A stretch of 64,000 nt of DNA from Candidatus Poribacteria bacterium (GCA_965205025.1 CBDBFU010000014.1:128001-192000), one strand, 5' to 3'; positions 1 through 11,434 are shown, counted from the first letter of the stretch. Notes: a model not told the origin generated them from the sequence alone. Program-made: numbers and translations.

Positions 1-2602
1 ACAGATGGGTAGCATAGAACTCAATCCAATTTCCGCTGAAATTACTTACGGATTAGAACGCATTGCACTCTACTTACAGGATGTCGATACATTCTTTGAC
101 ATCCGTTGGAACGAACACATTAACTATGGGGATGTCTACCACCAAGCGGAAGTCGAGTACTCAACCTACAATTTTGAACACGCCAACGTCAATATGCTGT
201 TTGACCAGTTTAGCACTTATGAGAAAGAAACCTATGCATGTTTAGACGCCGGTTTAGTTCTTCCCGCAACCGACCATGTGCTGAAATGTTCACACACCTT
301 CAACATGCTCGATGCACGCGGTGTTATCAGTGTAACTGAACGAGTCAGTTATATTGAACGTGTTCGAAGACTTGCACAGAGAATTGCACGCGCTTATGTA
401 GAACAACGCGAAGAGATGGAACATCCACTCCTCAACAGTTTCAAAACAGAATCGTCTCCAATTGAAGTCAGAGAATCTGCTTACCACAATACCAATCAAG
501 AACAGGATAATGCAGACCTCCTCTTTGAAATCGGAACAGAAGAGATACCAGCAAGTTATATCCCTCCAGTATTAAATCAACTTAAAGAAATCGCATCCGA
601 TTCACTCTCTACACACAGAATACAAATTGGTGAGATCCAAACATTCGGCACTCCACGTCGCATTACACTTGCAATTAAGGATATTAAAACACATCAGGAA
701 AGCCAAGAAACAGAAGTTGTAGGACCACCAAAACAGATTGCCTTTGATGATAACGGTGAACCCACAAAAGCTGCCATCGGTTTCGCCAAAACACAAGGTG
801 TAGATATTGCTGATCTCCACATTGTTGAAACCGAACGTGGTGAGTATATTGCTGCGTCTAAAAAGGAAATTGGTCTACCAACACAAGAATTACTCCAATC
901 CTTTATACCAGAATGGATTGAAGCACTTCGTTTTCCAAAAACAATGCAATGGGAAAATGTAGACAATGCAACACAAGCACGACCTCGCTTTGCACGTCCC
1001 ATTCGATGGATTGTCGCTTTACTCGGTGAAAAAATCATCGACTGTTCCTATGGTGCTGCACAAGCAGGACGACAAACTTATGGTCATCGTTCACTATATC
1101 CAGATCCAATTACATTAGATTCAGCGGATGTGGATTCCTATATTAAAACATTACTCGATGCAGGTGTTAATGTCTGTCCCATAAAACGCAGAGAAATTAT
1201 CAAAGAAAAAGTACGAAATACATTTGAATCCGAAGGGTGTTTAATCAAAATAGATGAAGAGCTTTTAGATACAGTTAACTACCTTGTTGAAAATCCACAA
1301 CCTATAGTTGGAAATTATAGTGAATCACATTTGGAAATTCCGCCTGAAGTATTGATAACTGCAATGAAAAAACACCAACGTTATTTCCCTATGTGGAAAA
1401 CTGAAACTGAACTTGTACCGAAATTCATTACGATTTCAAATGGAACAGATGGAAATATGGATGGCGTACAACACGGAAACGAACGGGTTCTGAATGCTCG
1501 GTTAAATGATGCTGAATTCTTTTATAGAGAAGATCAAAAAACTTCTCTCGCGGAAAAAGTAGATAGATTGGATACTGTTATATTCCATGCAAAACTGGGT
1601 TCTCTATTGAACAAGGCAGAACGTCTAAAAGTATTGGTTAGATTCATTAGTACAGAATTAAAAATTACTGAAACAACAATACATCAAGTTGAACAGGCGG
1701 CCTGGTTGTGTAAAGCTGACCTTACCACATATATGGTAATCGAATTCCCATCATTACAAGGTGTTACAGGACAATATTATGCAAGAAATTCTGGTGAGTC
1801 AGAGCAAGTTGCCACAGCAATCGCAGAACATTACCAACCATTGGGAGCAGACACACCTTTGCCTGAATCAGAAGTTGGTGCCATACTCGCTATAGCAGAC
1901 AAGATAGACACTATCGTCGGATACTTCGGTATTGAAGAACGGCCAACGGGTTCACAAGATCCATATTCATTACGTAGACATGCCCTCGGAACAATTCGTA
2001 TTCTTCAAGACCGTCAATTACCCCTTTCATTAGATGCAGTTGTGGAAAAAGCAATCTCACTTTATGATGTTAATTTAGCTGATGATACACAATCAAGTGT
2101 TCTAAGTTTTATTAAGGAACGTCTCCGCGTTATCCTACAAACGCATGAATACACCCCTGACCTTGCAGATGCAGTGTTAGCAGTCGGTGATGTTGACATT
2201 ATAGATATACTCAACCGTGCGAATGCTCTGGCTGAATTTCGCTTGACTCCTAATTTCGAGGATATATATAATGCACTCAATCGTGTATTGAGAATATTAC
2301 CCGATGATACATCAGAAAATGTGGATTATTCGCTACTAAGTGATGATGCGGAAAAACAACTCTATAAGCATCTTACAGATGCAGAACCCAACCTTGAAGG
2401 CTCTGTTCAAAAGAGATTATATTCACAACTACTAAAACAGTTAGCCAATTTACAACCTTCAATAGATCAGTTCTTTGATGATGTTTTAGTAATGGCAAAA
2501 GAATCTGATATACGGGAAAACCGTCTGGCATTACTCAATCGAATTGCAAGACGCATCTATGCTGTAGCCGACCTAACAAGACTGGTTATTGCTGGAGAAT
2601 AA
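1..2602 (+). CDS. glyQS: Glycine-tRNA ligase, fused alpha+beta subunits (5' truncated by window edge)
   Basis: GlyQ C-terminal motifs [10 protein letters not shown] and [20 protein letters not shown] run in frame into GlyS motifs [31 protein letters not shown] and FFDDVLVM. Confidence 0.95.
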   Translation, partial: QMGSIELNPISAEITYGLERIALYLQDVDTFFDIRWNEHINYGDVYHQAEVEYSTYNFEHANVNMLFDQFSTYEKETYACLDAGLVLPATDHVLKCSHTFNMLDARGVISVTERVSYIERVRRLAQRIARAYVEQREEMEHPLLNSFKTESSPIEVRESAYHNTNQEQDNADLLFEIGTEEIPASYIPPVLNQLKEIASDSLSTHRIQIGEIQTFGTPRRITLAIKDIKTHQESQETEVVGPPKQIAFDDNGEPTKAAIGFAKTQGVDIADLHIVETERGEYIAASKKEIGLPTQELLQSFIPEWIEALRFPKTMQWENVDNATQARPRFARPIRWIVALLGEKIIDCSYGAAQAGRQTYGHRSLYPDPITLDSADVDSYIKTLLDAGVNVCPIKRREIIKEKVRNTFESEGCLIKIDEELLDTVNYLVENPQPIVGNYSESHLEIPPEVLITAMKKHQRYFPMWKTETELVPKFITISNGTDGNMDGVQHGNERVLNARLNDAEFFYREDQKTSLAEKVDRLDTVIFHAKLGSLLNKAERLKVLVRFISTELKITETTIHQVEQAAWLCKADLTTYMVIEFPSLQGVTGQYYARNSGESEQVATAIAEHYQPLGADTPLPESEVGAILAIADKIDTIVGYFGIEERPTGSQDPYSLRRHALGTIRILQDRQLPLSLDAVVEKAISLYDVNLADDTQSSVLSFIKERLRVILQTHEYTPDLADAVLAVGDVDIIDILNRANALAEFRLTPNFEDIYNALNRVLRILPDDTSENVDYSLLSDDAEKQLYKHLTDAEPNLEGSVQKRLYSQLLKQLANLQPSIDQFFDDVLVMAKESDIRENRLALLNRIARRIYAVADLTRLVIAGE

Positions 2603-2675
2603 GCAAGTAGTTTACAGTTTTGTTGCAATTTAATATGACTGTCAACAGAAACATAACTATAAATGAATAAAACCT

Positions 2676-5600
2676 ATGAAACAATATTCTATATTTCTTG
2701 TTATACTTATATTATGTGGGACATTTATCATCGGTTGTGCTGATAAAGAAGACAAAGCACTTCTCTCTGCCAGACAAGCAATCGTTGACGGAAACTATCC
2801 AGCGGCACAAACAGCAGTTGATAAATCTCGACAAAACAACCCTGACAATCAGGAAGCAGTATTCCTAAGTCGTCTTCTACAGTTACGTACCAGTACAGAT
2901 ACAAACGGTTGGCATCAGGTTATCGCACAGATATTAGATCATTTGAAATCAGTTAATTCAGATATCAGAGCAATAACAATACTTGATGATCCCGATTCCG
3001 ATGAATTAAACAGACAAGAAAGACTTATAAGGTCACGGAATTCTATATCCGGTCTACTGGTTTCCGCACTTGCAATAGCGGTTGAAAAACAACCCGAACT
3101 TCTATCCAATTTAGCAAATAGATCGGATGCAGTCATTGTAACCGCTCTATTAGAAGCTCAAAAATGTTATCAACCGAATGTTCATACCACTATTGAGAAT
3201 CTATTCCAACAAATCAACACAACAACAGAAAACACAGTCGCAAATCTCACAGACATCCTAAATAATCCGAATCAGACAGATCCACAGATTAGGGAATCCG
3301 CCATTCGTGAATTATATACTCTCCAATCCTCTGACCAGATTCCAATATACCAATCAATCCTGTCCAAGACTGATGAAGCCCCAGAAGTGTCTTATAGTGC
3401 AATTGTCGCAGTAGAAGGACTCTGTCAACCCGATTCACCACTGAATGAACAAGTTATTCCCCTCCTTCAATTAGCAACAAGAAACAATAATGCACAAGTA
3501 CGTATGCACGCCGCCAAACTTATCGGTAAACTACAAACTGCCTCTGCTGTTGATGATCTCATCAAACTCCTATCTGATTCAAACGCATACGTTAGAACAA
3601 CAGCAATAGCAGCTCTTGACAGAATTGGACAACCATCGGTTCTACCGTTATTAGATGTTCTTGAGACCGGTGCAACAAATATAATCCCTGATGAAGATAA
3701 CGGTTTTTCTGATCAATACAAGTATATAGCAAGTGCATATATTGACGATTCTTGGATGAAAAAATATAGATTGAGAGCACAGACTGCTGCAATTGAAACC
3801 CTTGCTACACTCCGATCCGAAAAAGCAGTTCTCCCTATAATTCAACTCTTAGACAATGAAGATCTAAAAGGTGCAGCACATATTGCATTAATTACAATGC
3901 GTGGCACAGCAGTACCAGCACTAATACTCGCCCTACAAACTGGAGAACAAGTAATTCAGTTAGAGTCAGCAAAAGTATTAAGTTCTATTGGGGACCGACG
4001 AGCAATTGCACCCTTTATTGATATATTAATGGTTGATGTTGATAAAGAGGTGAAAGCAATTGCTGCACAAGGTCTGGGAAACATGAGAGCACGCGGTCCT
4101 GAAAACAGTGCCGTTATGGCTCTTTCAGAGGCACTGAAATTAGATGACACTACTGTTACCCAAGCAGCAGAAGCATTAGGAAAGATTAATGTCGATATTG
4201 AAGACACAACCCGTAAATTGATTGCAATTTCACTAGATAAACTCCGACGGGAAACTGTACGGACGGCAGCATTAAATGCATTATGGCAACTAAAACCTGC
4301 ATCCGCCACTCAACCCATGTTATTACTCATGCTAAATGATGAATCAAGTCCTGTTATTCGAGCGAATGCAGTGAAAGTTCTCAGCCGAATTCAGGATACT
4401 GAAACCCTTAATGCTCTGTTTTGGGTCTTATCAACACAATTTGATGAGATATCAGATTTTCAACGGCATATGAAACGTAAATTCAAAACGCTGGATGCAT
4501 TAAGATCTCATCTTGATTCTCTCAATATCATGTGGACAGCTGATTACCCACGTCCATATTACCGTATCTGGGGAGAACTTAAACCGATCCCAAGCCTTGT
4601 AAGGAGTGAAGTCGCAAGAGCACTCGGTATTTTTAAAGGTGAAATTGTCGTTGAACCGTTAGTGAATGCACTTACCGATGATCAACGCGCTACTGTCAGA
4701 CGGAATGCTGCATGGGCACTCGGGAGAGTTAGTGGGGATCAGGCAATTGATGCCCTTATTACCGCGTTAAAAAAGGATAAGCAAGGTGTCGTTAGACAAG
4801 AAGCTGCCATTGCATTAGGTACAATTAAATCAACTAAAAGTGTCGACGCGCTTTTGGATATCATAAAGACGGACAAATACGAAACTGCCCGTCTCGAAGC
4901 AACCAAAGCACTCCGAGAAATAAATCCAACACTGGCGGATAAAGGACTTGTTGATATTATCAAGAAAGGGCGAGGAAGTTTTGAAGACGGGTTTGAAGTA
5001 CAATCTGTACAGAACGAAGTAATCGGTGCCTTATTACATAATGGCAATGCCGTTACTACTGAACACCTACTAAATGCACTTAATTCTGCTGATGACGAAT
5101 GGACACACTGGGCAATAGTATATATGTTGGGTGTAATACACCATAAGTCATCCTTAGATGCTGTACTGTCTCGTATCGATCACGATAGTTATATAATTCG
5201 TAAAGAGGCAGTAACCCGATTAGGGGGATATAAAAACCGTGATACCGTTGAACCATTGATTGCTATCGTTCAAAATAAAACCGAATCGAAATCAATCCGT
5301 GCTGCTGCAATTGGATCCTTAAATGCACTACGCGATGAACGCTCTGCACCTATACTCCGGGAAGCCCTTAACGATGAAAATAGTGCAGTCCGTTGGTATG
5401 CTGTCGCTGGGTTAGGAGGCATAAAAGATGCGAAAGCAGTTGAAAAATTACGCCAAATGGTTGAAAATACTTTAGAAAATGATGCTATACGAGCTGCTGC
5501 AGTATCCGCAATCGGAAATATAGGTGATCAATCCTCAGAAGAGCTCCTTATTCGGGCACTTAGCAACCGAATTGGGAATATATCTAATAATGCCATCGCT

Positions 5601-6530
5601 GCTCTGGGTAATATGGAAATCATATCTGCTGTTCCCCATCTAATTAGAATTATGGAAGATGTGAGTATTCCATTGAATGCAGGTACAGCCTTATTAGCAA
5701 ATGCCTCACCACGCAGTAAAGCAACAGTTGCTCTCGGTAAAATTGGTGGACAAGATGCAATTACTGCATTAGCAAACCGCCTTATTGATGATACTGAATA
5801 TATTATTGCACTGGAAGATGAGGCAAATAGACGAAATTTAGCTTTAGATGATAGAAAACGGAATTGGAGCTGGGAACCTATTGTTGGTGCTGCGAAAAAG
5901 CATAAATTACCTGAATTCATAGCTGAAAAGATGCAGACACGCGTGGATGATGAATGGGAAAGTCCTCCTATCAGAAACGCTGCTTCTGTTGCTTTAGGAC
6001 GCACACGTTCACTTGATCCTACAAAACTACGAGAAACTCTCGCAGATCCAGTAGTGGATACACGGAAAGATACCGCACGCACAATCGGAGAATCTGGAAC
6101 AGTTGCTCTCATAGATGATCTCATCCTGGTAGCAAATGGTGAAAAGGAAGACAATAAAGATGTTCGGCGATTAGCAACACAAGCTTTAGGTGCACTCGCT
6201 CAGGCTTCCACTACAGACGCATTGATTGAAATAATGAATAAGGATGAAAATCATATTGAAATACGAAGAGATGCTGCACGTGCCCTTGGGAAAATAGCTT
6301 CAGATGGTGCAGTAGCTGCACTTGTGGATAAATTCACGAAACTATATGCCGATAAAACTGAGCGCGCACTACAATTAGATATCATTCGAGCAATGGGTGA
6401 TGCAAAAGACAAGAGTACAACACAAATTTTAGAAACGGTCTTAGAAGATACAGATGCAGATATACATTTCCTTGCGGCATCCGTCCTTTTTGATATAACA
6501 GGAAATGGATACGGATATAACCGACTGTAA
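2676..6530 (+). CDS. Large HEAT/PBS-lyase repeat lipoprotein
   Basis: Signal peptide with lipobox (FIIGC), then many VRxxAAxALG-type HEAT repeats over 1284 aa. Confidence 0.85.
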   Translation: MKQYSIFLVILILCGTFIIGCADKEDKALLSARQAIVDGNYPAAQTAVDKSRQNNPDNQEAVFLSRLLQLRTSTDTNGWHQVIAQILDHLKSVNSDIRAITILDDPDSDELNRQERLIRSRNSISGLLVSALAIAVEKQPELLSNLANRSDAVIVTALLEAQKCYQPNVHTTIENLFQQINTTTENTVANLTDILNNPNQTDPQIRESAIRELYTLQSSDQIPIYQSILSKTDEAPEVSYSAIVAVEGLCQPDSPLNEQVIPLLQLATRNNNAQVRMHAAKLIGKLQTASAVDDLIKLLSDSNAYVRTTAIAALDRIGQPSVLPLLDVLETGATNIIPDEDNGFSDQYKYIASAYIDDSWMKKYRLRAQTAAIETLATLRSEKAVLPIIQLLDNEDLKGAAHIALITMRGTAVPALILALQTGEQVIQLESAKVLSSIGDRRAIAPFIDILMVDVDKEVKAIAAQGLGNMRARGPENSAVMALSEALKLDDTTVTQAAEALGKINVDIEDTTRKLIAISLDKLRRETVRTAALNALWQLKPASATQPMLLLMLNDESSPVIRANAVKVLSRIQDTETLNALFWVLSTQFDEISDFQRHMKRKFKTLDALRSHLDSLNIMWTADYPRPYYRIWGELKPIPSLVRSEVARALGIFKGEIVVEPLVNALTDDQRATVRRNAAWALGRVSGDQAIDALITALKKDKQGVVRQEAAIALGTIKSTKSVDALLDIIKTDKYETARLEATKALREINPTLADKGLVDIIKKGRGSFEDGFEVQSVQNEVIGALLHNGNAVTTEHLLNALNSADDEWTHWAIVYMLGVIHHKSSLDAVLSRIDHDSYIIRKEAVTRLGGYKNRDTVEPLIAIVQNKTESKSIRAAAIGSLNALRDERSAPILREALNDENSAVRWYAVAGLGGIKDAKAVEKLRQMVENTLENDAIRAAAVSAIGNIGDQSSEELLIRALSNRIGNISNNAIAALGNMEIISAVPHLIRIMEDVSIPLNAGTALLANASPRSKATVALGKIGGQDAITALANRLIDDTEYIIALEDEANRRNLALDDRKRNWSWEPIVGAAKKHKLPEFIAEKMQTRVDDEWESPPIRNAASVALGRTRSLDPTKLRETLADPVVDTRKDTARTIGESGTVALIDDLILVANGEKEDNKDVRRLATQALGALAQASTTDALIEIMNKDENHIEIRRDAARALGKIASDGAVAALVDKFTKLYADKTERALQLDIIRAMGDAKDKSTTQILETVLEDTDADIHFLAASVLFDITGNGYGYNRL

Positions 6531-6554
6531 CGATAATCAGATCAATTAAGATCA

Positions 6555-6650
6555 TTACCCCAGAGGGGTAATATGTCTATAGAAAATGGTGTATTCACCC
6601 CTTGCACTCCAGCGGAGTGCTATGTCTATAAATAAGTGGCAACTTAAGAT
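6555..6650. repeat. REP-like hairpin doublet (family D) with a right end matching the MITE-E TIR
   Basis: ttacccc-aga-ggggtaa-tatgtctatagaaa, then gcactcc-agc-ggagtgc-tatgtctata 49 bp later. The end agtggcaacttaag resembles ggtggcaacttggg at 52210. Confidence 0.75.
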
Positions 6651-6689
6651 AAAATAACAACCATTAACCAATAACTGATAGGAGTTTAT

Positions 6690-7013
6690 ATGGCATTTTT
6701 TGAATTAAGGCAATACCGCACACAACCCGGACAACGCGACAACTGGGTAAAATATATGGAAGAAACAGTTATACCATTTCAGATTTCAAAAGGAATGGTA
6801 GTTATCGGAAGTTTCATCGGTGAGGAAGAAGATGACCTTTACGTCTGGATACGACGGTTTGAAAGTGAAGAACAGCGGGAACAACTTTACGCTGCTGTTT
6901 ATGAAGATGACCGATGGGTAAATGAGATTTCACCAAAAGTTGGAGAACTCATTGATAGATCCAAGATTGAGGTTACACGTATGGAACCCACTTCACGCTC
7001 ACCACATCAATAG
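6690..7013 (+). CDS. NIPSNAP family protein
   Basis: FELRQY start, GMVVIGSF and YVWIRRFESEEQRE pattern, 107 aa, GGAG RBS. Confidence 0.85.
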   Translation: MAFFELRQYRTQPGQRDNWVKYMEETVIPFQISKGMVVIGSFIGEEEDDLYVWIRRFESEEQREQLYAAVYEDDRWVNEISPKVGELIDRSKIEVTRMEPTSRSPHQ

Positions 7014-7030
7014 AATTACGGAGATACCGT

Positions 7031-7777
7031 ATGAATACTGAAGAAAAATATCTGTTCGATCTATGGGGATATGTCAATATTGAAGGTGTGTTGGGTGAAG
7101 AAGATTTGACAGAACTCAATGCATTAATTGATTCACAAAACTATCCTGATCCCAAGGACGATGATATCCATTCACAACGTTTCGGTGGTTTCTTAAGCTG
7201 GGAAAATGACGCGTTTCGGAGACTTCTAAACCATCCACGTATCATGCCGTGTTTAGCTGAGATTGTGGGACCTAAATTTAGACTTGATCATGTCTACGGT
7301 ATCTTGATGATAGATGGTAATCCAGGGGGTACACTTCACGGTGGCGGAACACCTTACGACCCATCACAATATTATGTCTTCAGAAATGACCGGATGTATA
7401 ACGGTCTAACTGTAGTATCATGGGCATTAACAGATATGCTTCCTGAACACGGTGGTTTCTGTTGTATCCCCGGAAGTCATAAAAGCAACTATCCCTGTCC
7501 TCCACAGTTCCGTCCCGTGGTAGACAACAAGACCTGTATGGCACCCGTTCATCAAAAGGCAGGAGATGTCGTTATTTTTACAGAGGCATTGACACATGGA
7601 ACGCTGCCCTGGACTGCAACACATGAACGTCGCTCAATTCTATTCAAATATTCTCCAGGACATGCATCCTGGGGACAAGGTAGATATGACGATGACCTAC
7701 GGGAACTCATGACCGAAGAAGATCAGAAATTAATGCTTGAACCACCTTACGTCGCACATCGAAAAACAGTGGTGTAA
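7031..7777 (+). CDS. Phytanoyl-CoA dioxygenase (PhyH) family protein
   Basis: GGFCCIPGSHK, AGDVVIFTEALTHG and ERRS motifs. Confidence 0.9.
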   Translation: MNTEEKYLFDLWGYVNIEGVLGEEDLTELNALIDSQNYPDPKDDDIHSQRFGGFLSWENDAFRRLLNHPRIMPCLAEIVGPKFRLDHVYGILMIDGNPGGTLHGGGTPYDPSQYYVFRNDRMYNGLTVVSWALTDMLPEHGGFCCIPGSHKSNYPCPPQFRPVVDNKTCMAPVHQKAGDVVIFTEALTHGTLPWTATHERRSILFKYSPGHASWGQGRYDDDLRELMTEEDQKLMLEPPYVAHRKTVV

Positions 7778-7816
7778 TACGGTGTGTAAAAGATTTTCAT
7801 TTTACCTAACACCAAT

Positions 7817-7880
7817 GAAATCTCAATTCCAATTCATCCTGTCTGAATTTCGAGATTGACAGTTTATTCTTCACTACTAT
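7817..7880. repeat. Degenerate dispersed repeat (family F), copy 1
   Basis: aaatctcaattccaa...tgacagt..attc.tcactac is shared with 33638-33700. Confidence 0.55.
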
Positions 7881-7999
7881 AGTTTGGACAATTCTAATTT
7901 AGGGAAACTGAGTATCTAATAATAAGTCTATTTTAACGCCAGCTTGATAATAAGAAATGTCAGTTCTATAAACAGTATTTTGTCCTGAGGACAATCTTT

Positions 8000-8024
8000 G
8001 TAGCACAAACTTTCCAGTTTGTGC
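8000..8024 (+). repeat. GTAG-type REP-like hairpin
   Basis: GTAG-cacaaact-ttcc-agtttgtg; the same hairpin recurs near 14480, 25581, 51746, 56036, 61845 and 62028. Confidence 0.75.
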
Positions 8025-8108
8025 AATCGGGTGTTAGTTAAAAGTTCGGGTTACAATGTGTCTTATCAAACTCACTTTATTTTAGGAGTTTTCTATATCA
8101 AAAATACC

Positions 8109-8180
8109 GTACTCCAGCGGAGTACTATGTCTATAGAAAACAATATCCTAACAGACTGGCACTCCAGCGGAGTGCTATGT
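8109..8180. repeat. REP-like hairpin doublet (family D)
   Basis: gtactcc-agc-ggagtac-tatgtctatagaaa and gcactcc-agc-ggagtgc-tatgt, 50-bp period. Confidence 0.8.
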
Positions 8181-8240
8181 GTCAATACACTTCGTATGAA
8201 AAACATATAAGTACTTAACACATATTCAAGTAATATATGA

Positions 8241-8370
8241 ATTAACAAATGTGATTCACGGAGAAATGGTCTACTTTAAAATATAAACCCTTATAGAATA
8301 AGGCTTCGTAGAATTGCTCCGTGAAGGTTTCCGTGAAAGTACAATCATCTCGGAACGATAAATATTAACA
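8241..8370. repeat. 130-bp dispersed palindromic element (family C), copy 1
   Basis: Collinear with 33943-34072 and 51875-52004: ttcacggag...aaacccttatagaataagg...ctccgtgaaggtttccgtgaaa...aatattaaca. Confidence 0.9.
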
Positions 8371-8502
8371 CCTTTCTCCATTTACATAATCCATACATCT
8401 AACATAATACGGAACTGTGTGTCTATGGTTCTATGCATTAAATTTACACTGACAACTGACTATCGTTGACTGAGAGCCAATAGTTGACGGCTGATAGTTA
8501 AT

Positions 8503-9654
8503 CTACCAATCCGCGACACTACCATCTGATTCATAATAGTACTCACCACCGAGTTCTTCAGAATAAGTGTCAAGAATTTGCTCTGCCTCCTTCTCATCTA
8601 TCTCAAATCCTAATCCAGGCTTTGTGGGTAATTCAATATGACCATCAATAACCTGCCACTCATCTATAAATAACCCCGCCCCTAATCCATTATCAATTTG
8701 TTCCTGAATGAGAAAATTAGGTACAACAGCATCAACATGAAGGGAGGCAGAGAAAGCAACAGGTCCGATTGCACAGTGTGGGGCAATATGGATATAGTAT
8801 ACCTCTGCCATGTTAGCGATTTTCTTCAATTCTGTTATCCCACCTGCATGAGATGTATCCGGTTGCAAGTATGCTACAGCCTGCTTTTCAATCACATCAC
8901 GAAATTCCCATCGAGAAAGAAGACGTTCACCCGTAGCAATTGGATATGGCACATGGTCAGATACCAATTTTAATGCATCTACATTCTCTTGCGGAACTGG
9001 TTCTTCAACAAACATCGGACGCATCCCTTTTATCTCATTACATACCTCAATTGCAAGGGCAGGTGTCATTTTACCATGAAAATCAAATGCAAGTTCTATA
9101 TCAGGACCAACCATTTCCCGCATAGCATAGGCACGTTCGACAAAAGCATCAATCACAGTAGGAGGTTCATGACCACGCCATTTACCACCAGGTCCACTCT
9201 TGAACGCAGAATAATTACCCTTACTCTGCAGGAAATCAAGACGTTCTTTTGCAGCACCTAACCCCTCATCAGTCATGCTACCGATACCCCAATGAGCATA
9301 CACACGGATACGATCACGTACTGCACCCCCTAACAGTTTGTATGAAGGTACATCATAATATTTTCCAGCGATATCCCACAATGCCTGATCAATACCAGAC
9401 AATGCAGACATTAGGACATTGCCTCCTCTAAAGAATGCGGACCGATATACATGTTGCCAATGATGTTCAATGCGTAGTGGATCTTTACCGATATAATACT
9501 CAGTTAATTCTTCTACTGCAGCCCACGTGCTCTTAGGTTTACCTTCCAGTGTGGTCTCACCCCAACCAACGATACCGGTATCCGTCGTAATCTTTACAAG
9601 ACGCATACGATGACGAGGATAAAATTGTTCAATCTTTGCAATTTTCATTACCAT
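8503..9654 (-). CDS. dgoD: Galactonate dehydratase (mandelate racemase/enolase family)
   Basis: GWGETTLEG, SGIDQALWDI, DFHG, FVEEP, IATGERL and APHC motifs. Confidence 0.8.
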   Translation of the reverse strand: MVMKIAKIEQFYPRHRMRLVKITTDTGIVGWGETTLEGKPKSTWAAVEELTEYYIGKDPLRIEHHWQHVYRSAFFRGGNVLMSALSGIDQALWDIAGKYYDVPSYKLLGGAVRDRIRVYAHWGIGSMTDEGLGAAKERLDFLQSKGNYSAFKSGPGGKWRGHEPPTVIDAFVERAYAMREMVGPDIELAFDFHGKMTPALAIEVCNEIKGMRPMFVEEPVPQENVDALKLVSDHVPYPIATGERLLSRWEFRDVIEKQAVAYLQPDTSHAGGITELKKIANMAEVYYIHIAPHCAIGPVAFSASLHVDAVVPNFLIQEQIDNGLGAGLFIDEWQVIDGHIELPTKPGLGFEIDEKEAEQILDTYSEELGGEYYYESDGSVADW

Positions 9655-9823
9655 TTCCTCTCATATATAGACTATTTTAACTATATTTGCTATTTTAATA
9701 GGAACACTGATAATTCACAACACATAATACCATCTGATTTCATGTATAAATCTTAGCTCAACAATATATCGTTTACAATAAACTATATTCTTGACATTAC
9801 CAACAACTAAGTCCTATTAACTA

Positions 9824-9943
9824 ACGTGAGTTTGATAGTAGGCAAATAAGCTTCATTTTTCAAAAAATATTACTCTTATATGCCCGGTAGGTGCGGTTTC
9901 CTAACCGCACCGAACATAAAAATATGATTTATCAAACTCACGT
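9824..9943. mobile_element. 120-bp MITE (family B), copy 1, with REP cargo
   Basis: TIR acgtgagtttgata/tatcaaactcacgt, 7-bp TSD ttaacta, internal GTAG-gtgcggtt-tcct-aaccgcac hairpin; near-identical to 31059-31178. Confidence 0.9.
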
Positions 9944-9986
9944 TTAACTAACAACTTACAACTATTAACTATTCCAAGGAGAACTA

Positions 9987-11327
9987 ATGCCTTCACAACC
10001 AAATGTATTATTTATGATCGCGGATGACCATAGGTGGGATGCCATCGCAGGAATGGGTGATCCGACTGTAAAAACCCCAACAATGGATTCACTCATGGCA
10101 CGAGGGACAACCTTCCGACAAACACACATCATGGGATCACTCGTTGGTGCTGTCTGTGTACCCAGTCGAGCAGCTGTACTCACCAGTGCTAACCTATTCA
10201 GAAGCGGTGGAAACCAGATAAACCCAGATTTAGCTGTGTGGCCACAAACTATGCGCGAATCTGGGTACCATACTTTCTTCAGTGGGAAATGGCACAATGA
10301 CAGAAACACCTTTTACAATAGCTTTGATGATGGTGCAAAGATATTCTTCGGTGGTATGGGTAATCAGTATAAAGTTCCTGTTTTCGATTTTGATGCCACA
10401 GGAAAATATCCAAATGAAAACAAGTATATTGGTGATAAGTTCTCTACAGAACTGTTTACGGAATCAGCTGTCCAATTCCTACAGAACTATGACCAAACGG
10501 ATCCGTTCTTTGTATATCTCTCCTTTACCTCTCCACACGATCCAAGGACACCTCCAGGAGAATACGCAACAATGTACTCTCCTGAAGACATTCCTATACC
10601 AGAGAATTTCTATCCTGAACATCCGTTCGATAATGGAGAAATGAGGATACGAGACGAAGAATTAGCTCCGTTCCCCCGAACTCCAGAAATCGTACAACAG
10701 CACATCGCAGATTACTACGGAATGATTTCAAGTCAAGACGCTGAAATGGGACGGATGATACAAACTCTGGAAGATATCGGTCAATTAGAGAACACAATTG
10801 TTATCTATACCGCTGATCATGGACTGGCAGTGGGACAGCACGGATTATTCGGTAAGCAAAATCTATATAACCACAGCATACGTGTCCCCTCAATTTTCGC
10901 TGGTCCAGGAATTCCTGAAGGACAAATGGTTGACGCACTAACCTATTTATACGACCTATTCCCAACCGTATGCGACCTGACAGATGTAGAATGTCCAAAT
11001 ACTGTTGAAGGAAGTAGTTTGGTACCATTAATGGAGGGGTGTGTTGATACAATTCGTGATTCTGTCTTTGCAGCCTACAAAGACATACATCGCACAGTGA
11101 GTGATGGACGTTGGAAACTGATCCGAAACTATGTCTCTAAGGATAATGGGAAAGGAACAGATATAATCCAACTTTTCGACCTGGAAAATGATCCTTGGGA
11201 AATAAACAACCTCGCTGATCAGTCAGAACATGCTGAACGGATTAAAACGTTAGCTGCTGAAATGAAAAGATGGCAGAACGAAACCGACGATTTCATGAAG
11301 GATGTACCTGTCTTATTGAATGGTTAA
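9987..11327 (+). CDS. Sulfatase (Cys-type, choline-sulfatase-like)
   Basis: PNVLFMIADD, CVPSR signature, GKWH, SPHDP and ADHG motifs. Confidence 0.92.
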   Translation: MPSQPNVLFMIADDHRWDAIAGMGDPTVKTPTMDSLMARGTTFRQTHIMGSLVGAVCVPSRAAVLTSANLFRSGGNQINPDLAVWPQTMRESGYHTFFSGKWHNDRNTFYNSFDDGAKIFFGGMGNQYKVPVFDFDATGKYPNENKYIGDKFSTELFTESAVQFLQNYDQTDPFFVYLSFTSPHDPRTPPGEYATMYSPEDIPIPENFYPEHPFDNGEMRIRDEELAPFPRTPEIVQQHIADYYGMISSQDAEMGRMIQTLEDIGQLENTIVIYTADHGLAVGQHGLFGKQNLYNHSIRVPSIFAGPGIPEGQMVDALTYLYDLFPTVCDLTDVECPNTVEGSSLVPLMEGCVDTIRDSVFAAYKDIHRTVSDGRWKLIRNYVSKDNGKGTDIIQLFDLENDPWEINNLADQSEHAERIKTLAAEMKRWQNETDDFMKDVPVLLNG

Positions 11328-11356
11328 AGGATGTACCTGTCTTATTGAATGGTTAA
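11299..11356. repeat. Perfect 29-bp tandem duplication of the sulfatase 3' end
   Basis: aggatgtacctgtcttattgaatggttaa occurs twice in tandem. Confidence 0.95.
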
Positions 11357-11369
11357 TTGTCTAAAATTA

Positions 11370-11411
11370 TAGGGCAAAGTCGACCTCATCAAATGAGATG
11401 GCTTTGCCCTA
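11370..11411. terminator. Probable bidirectional terminator between convergent genes
   Basis: tagggcaaagtc...ggctttgcccta stem. Confidence 0.65.
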
Positions 11412-11434
11412 ATATTCTCAGATTATTCTATCGG

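Noticed and set aside
6555-8180. Repeat-spacer-repeat doublets as mini CRISPR arrays
   Set aside because: Only two units each, linkers are ~19 nt and resemble one another between loci, and no cas genes are present; they fit REP-like repeats better.
8019-8210. 63-aa ORF
   Set aside because: Runs through REP repeats, with no RBS or recognisable motif.
8241-8370. Family C as an integron attC site
   Set aside because: No RYYYAAC...GTTRRRY pairing of the ends, no cassette-array spacing and no intI in the window.
8445-8500. ctgacaa/ctgatag heptamer-like tandem repeats (similar near 6655 and 15720)
   Set aside because: Too degenerate to delimit reliably by eye.
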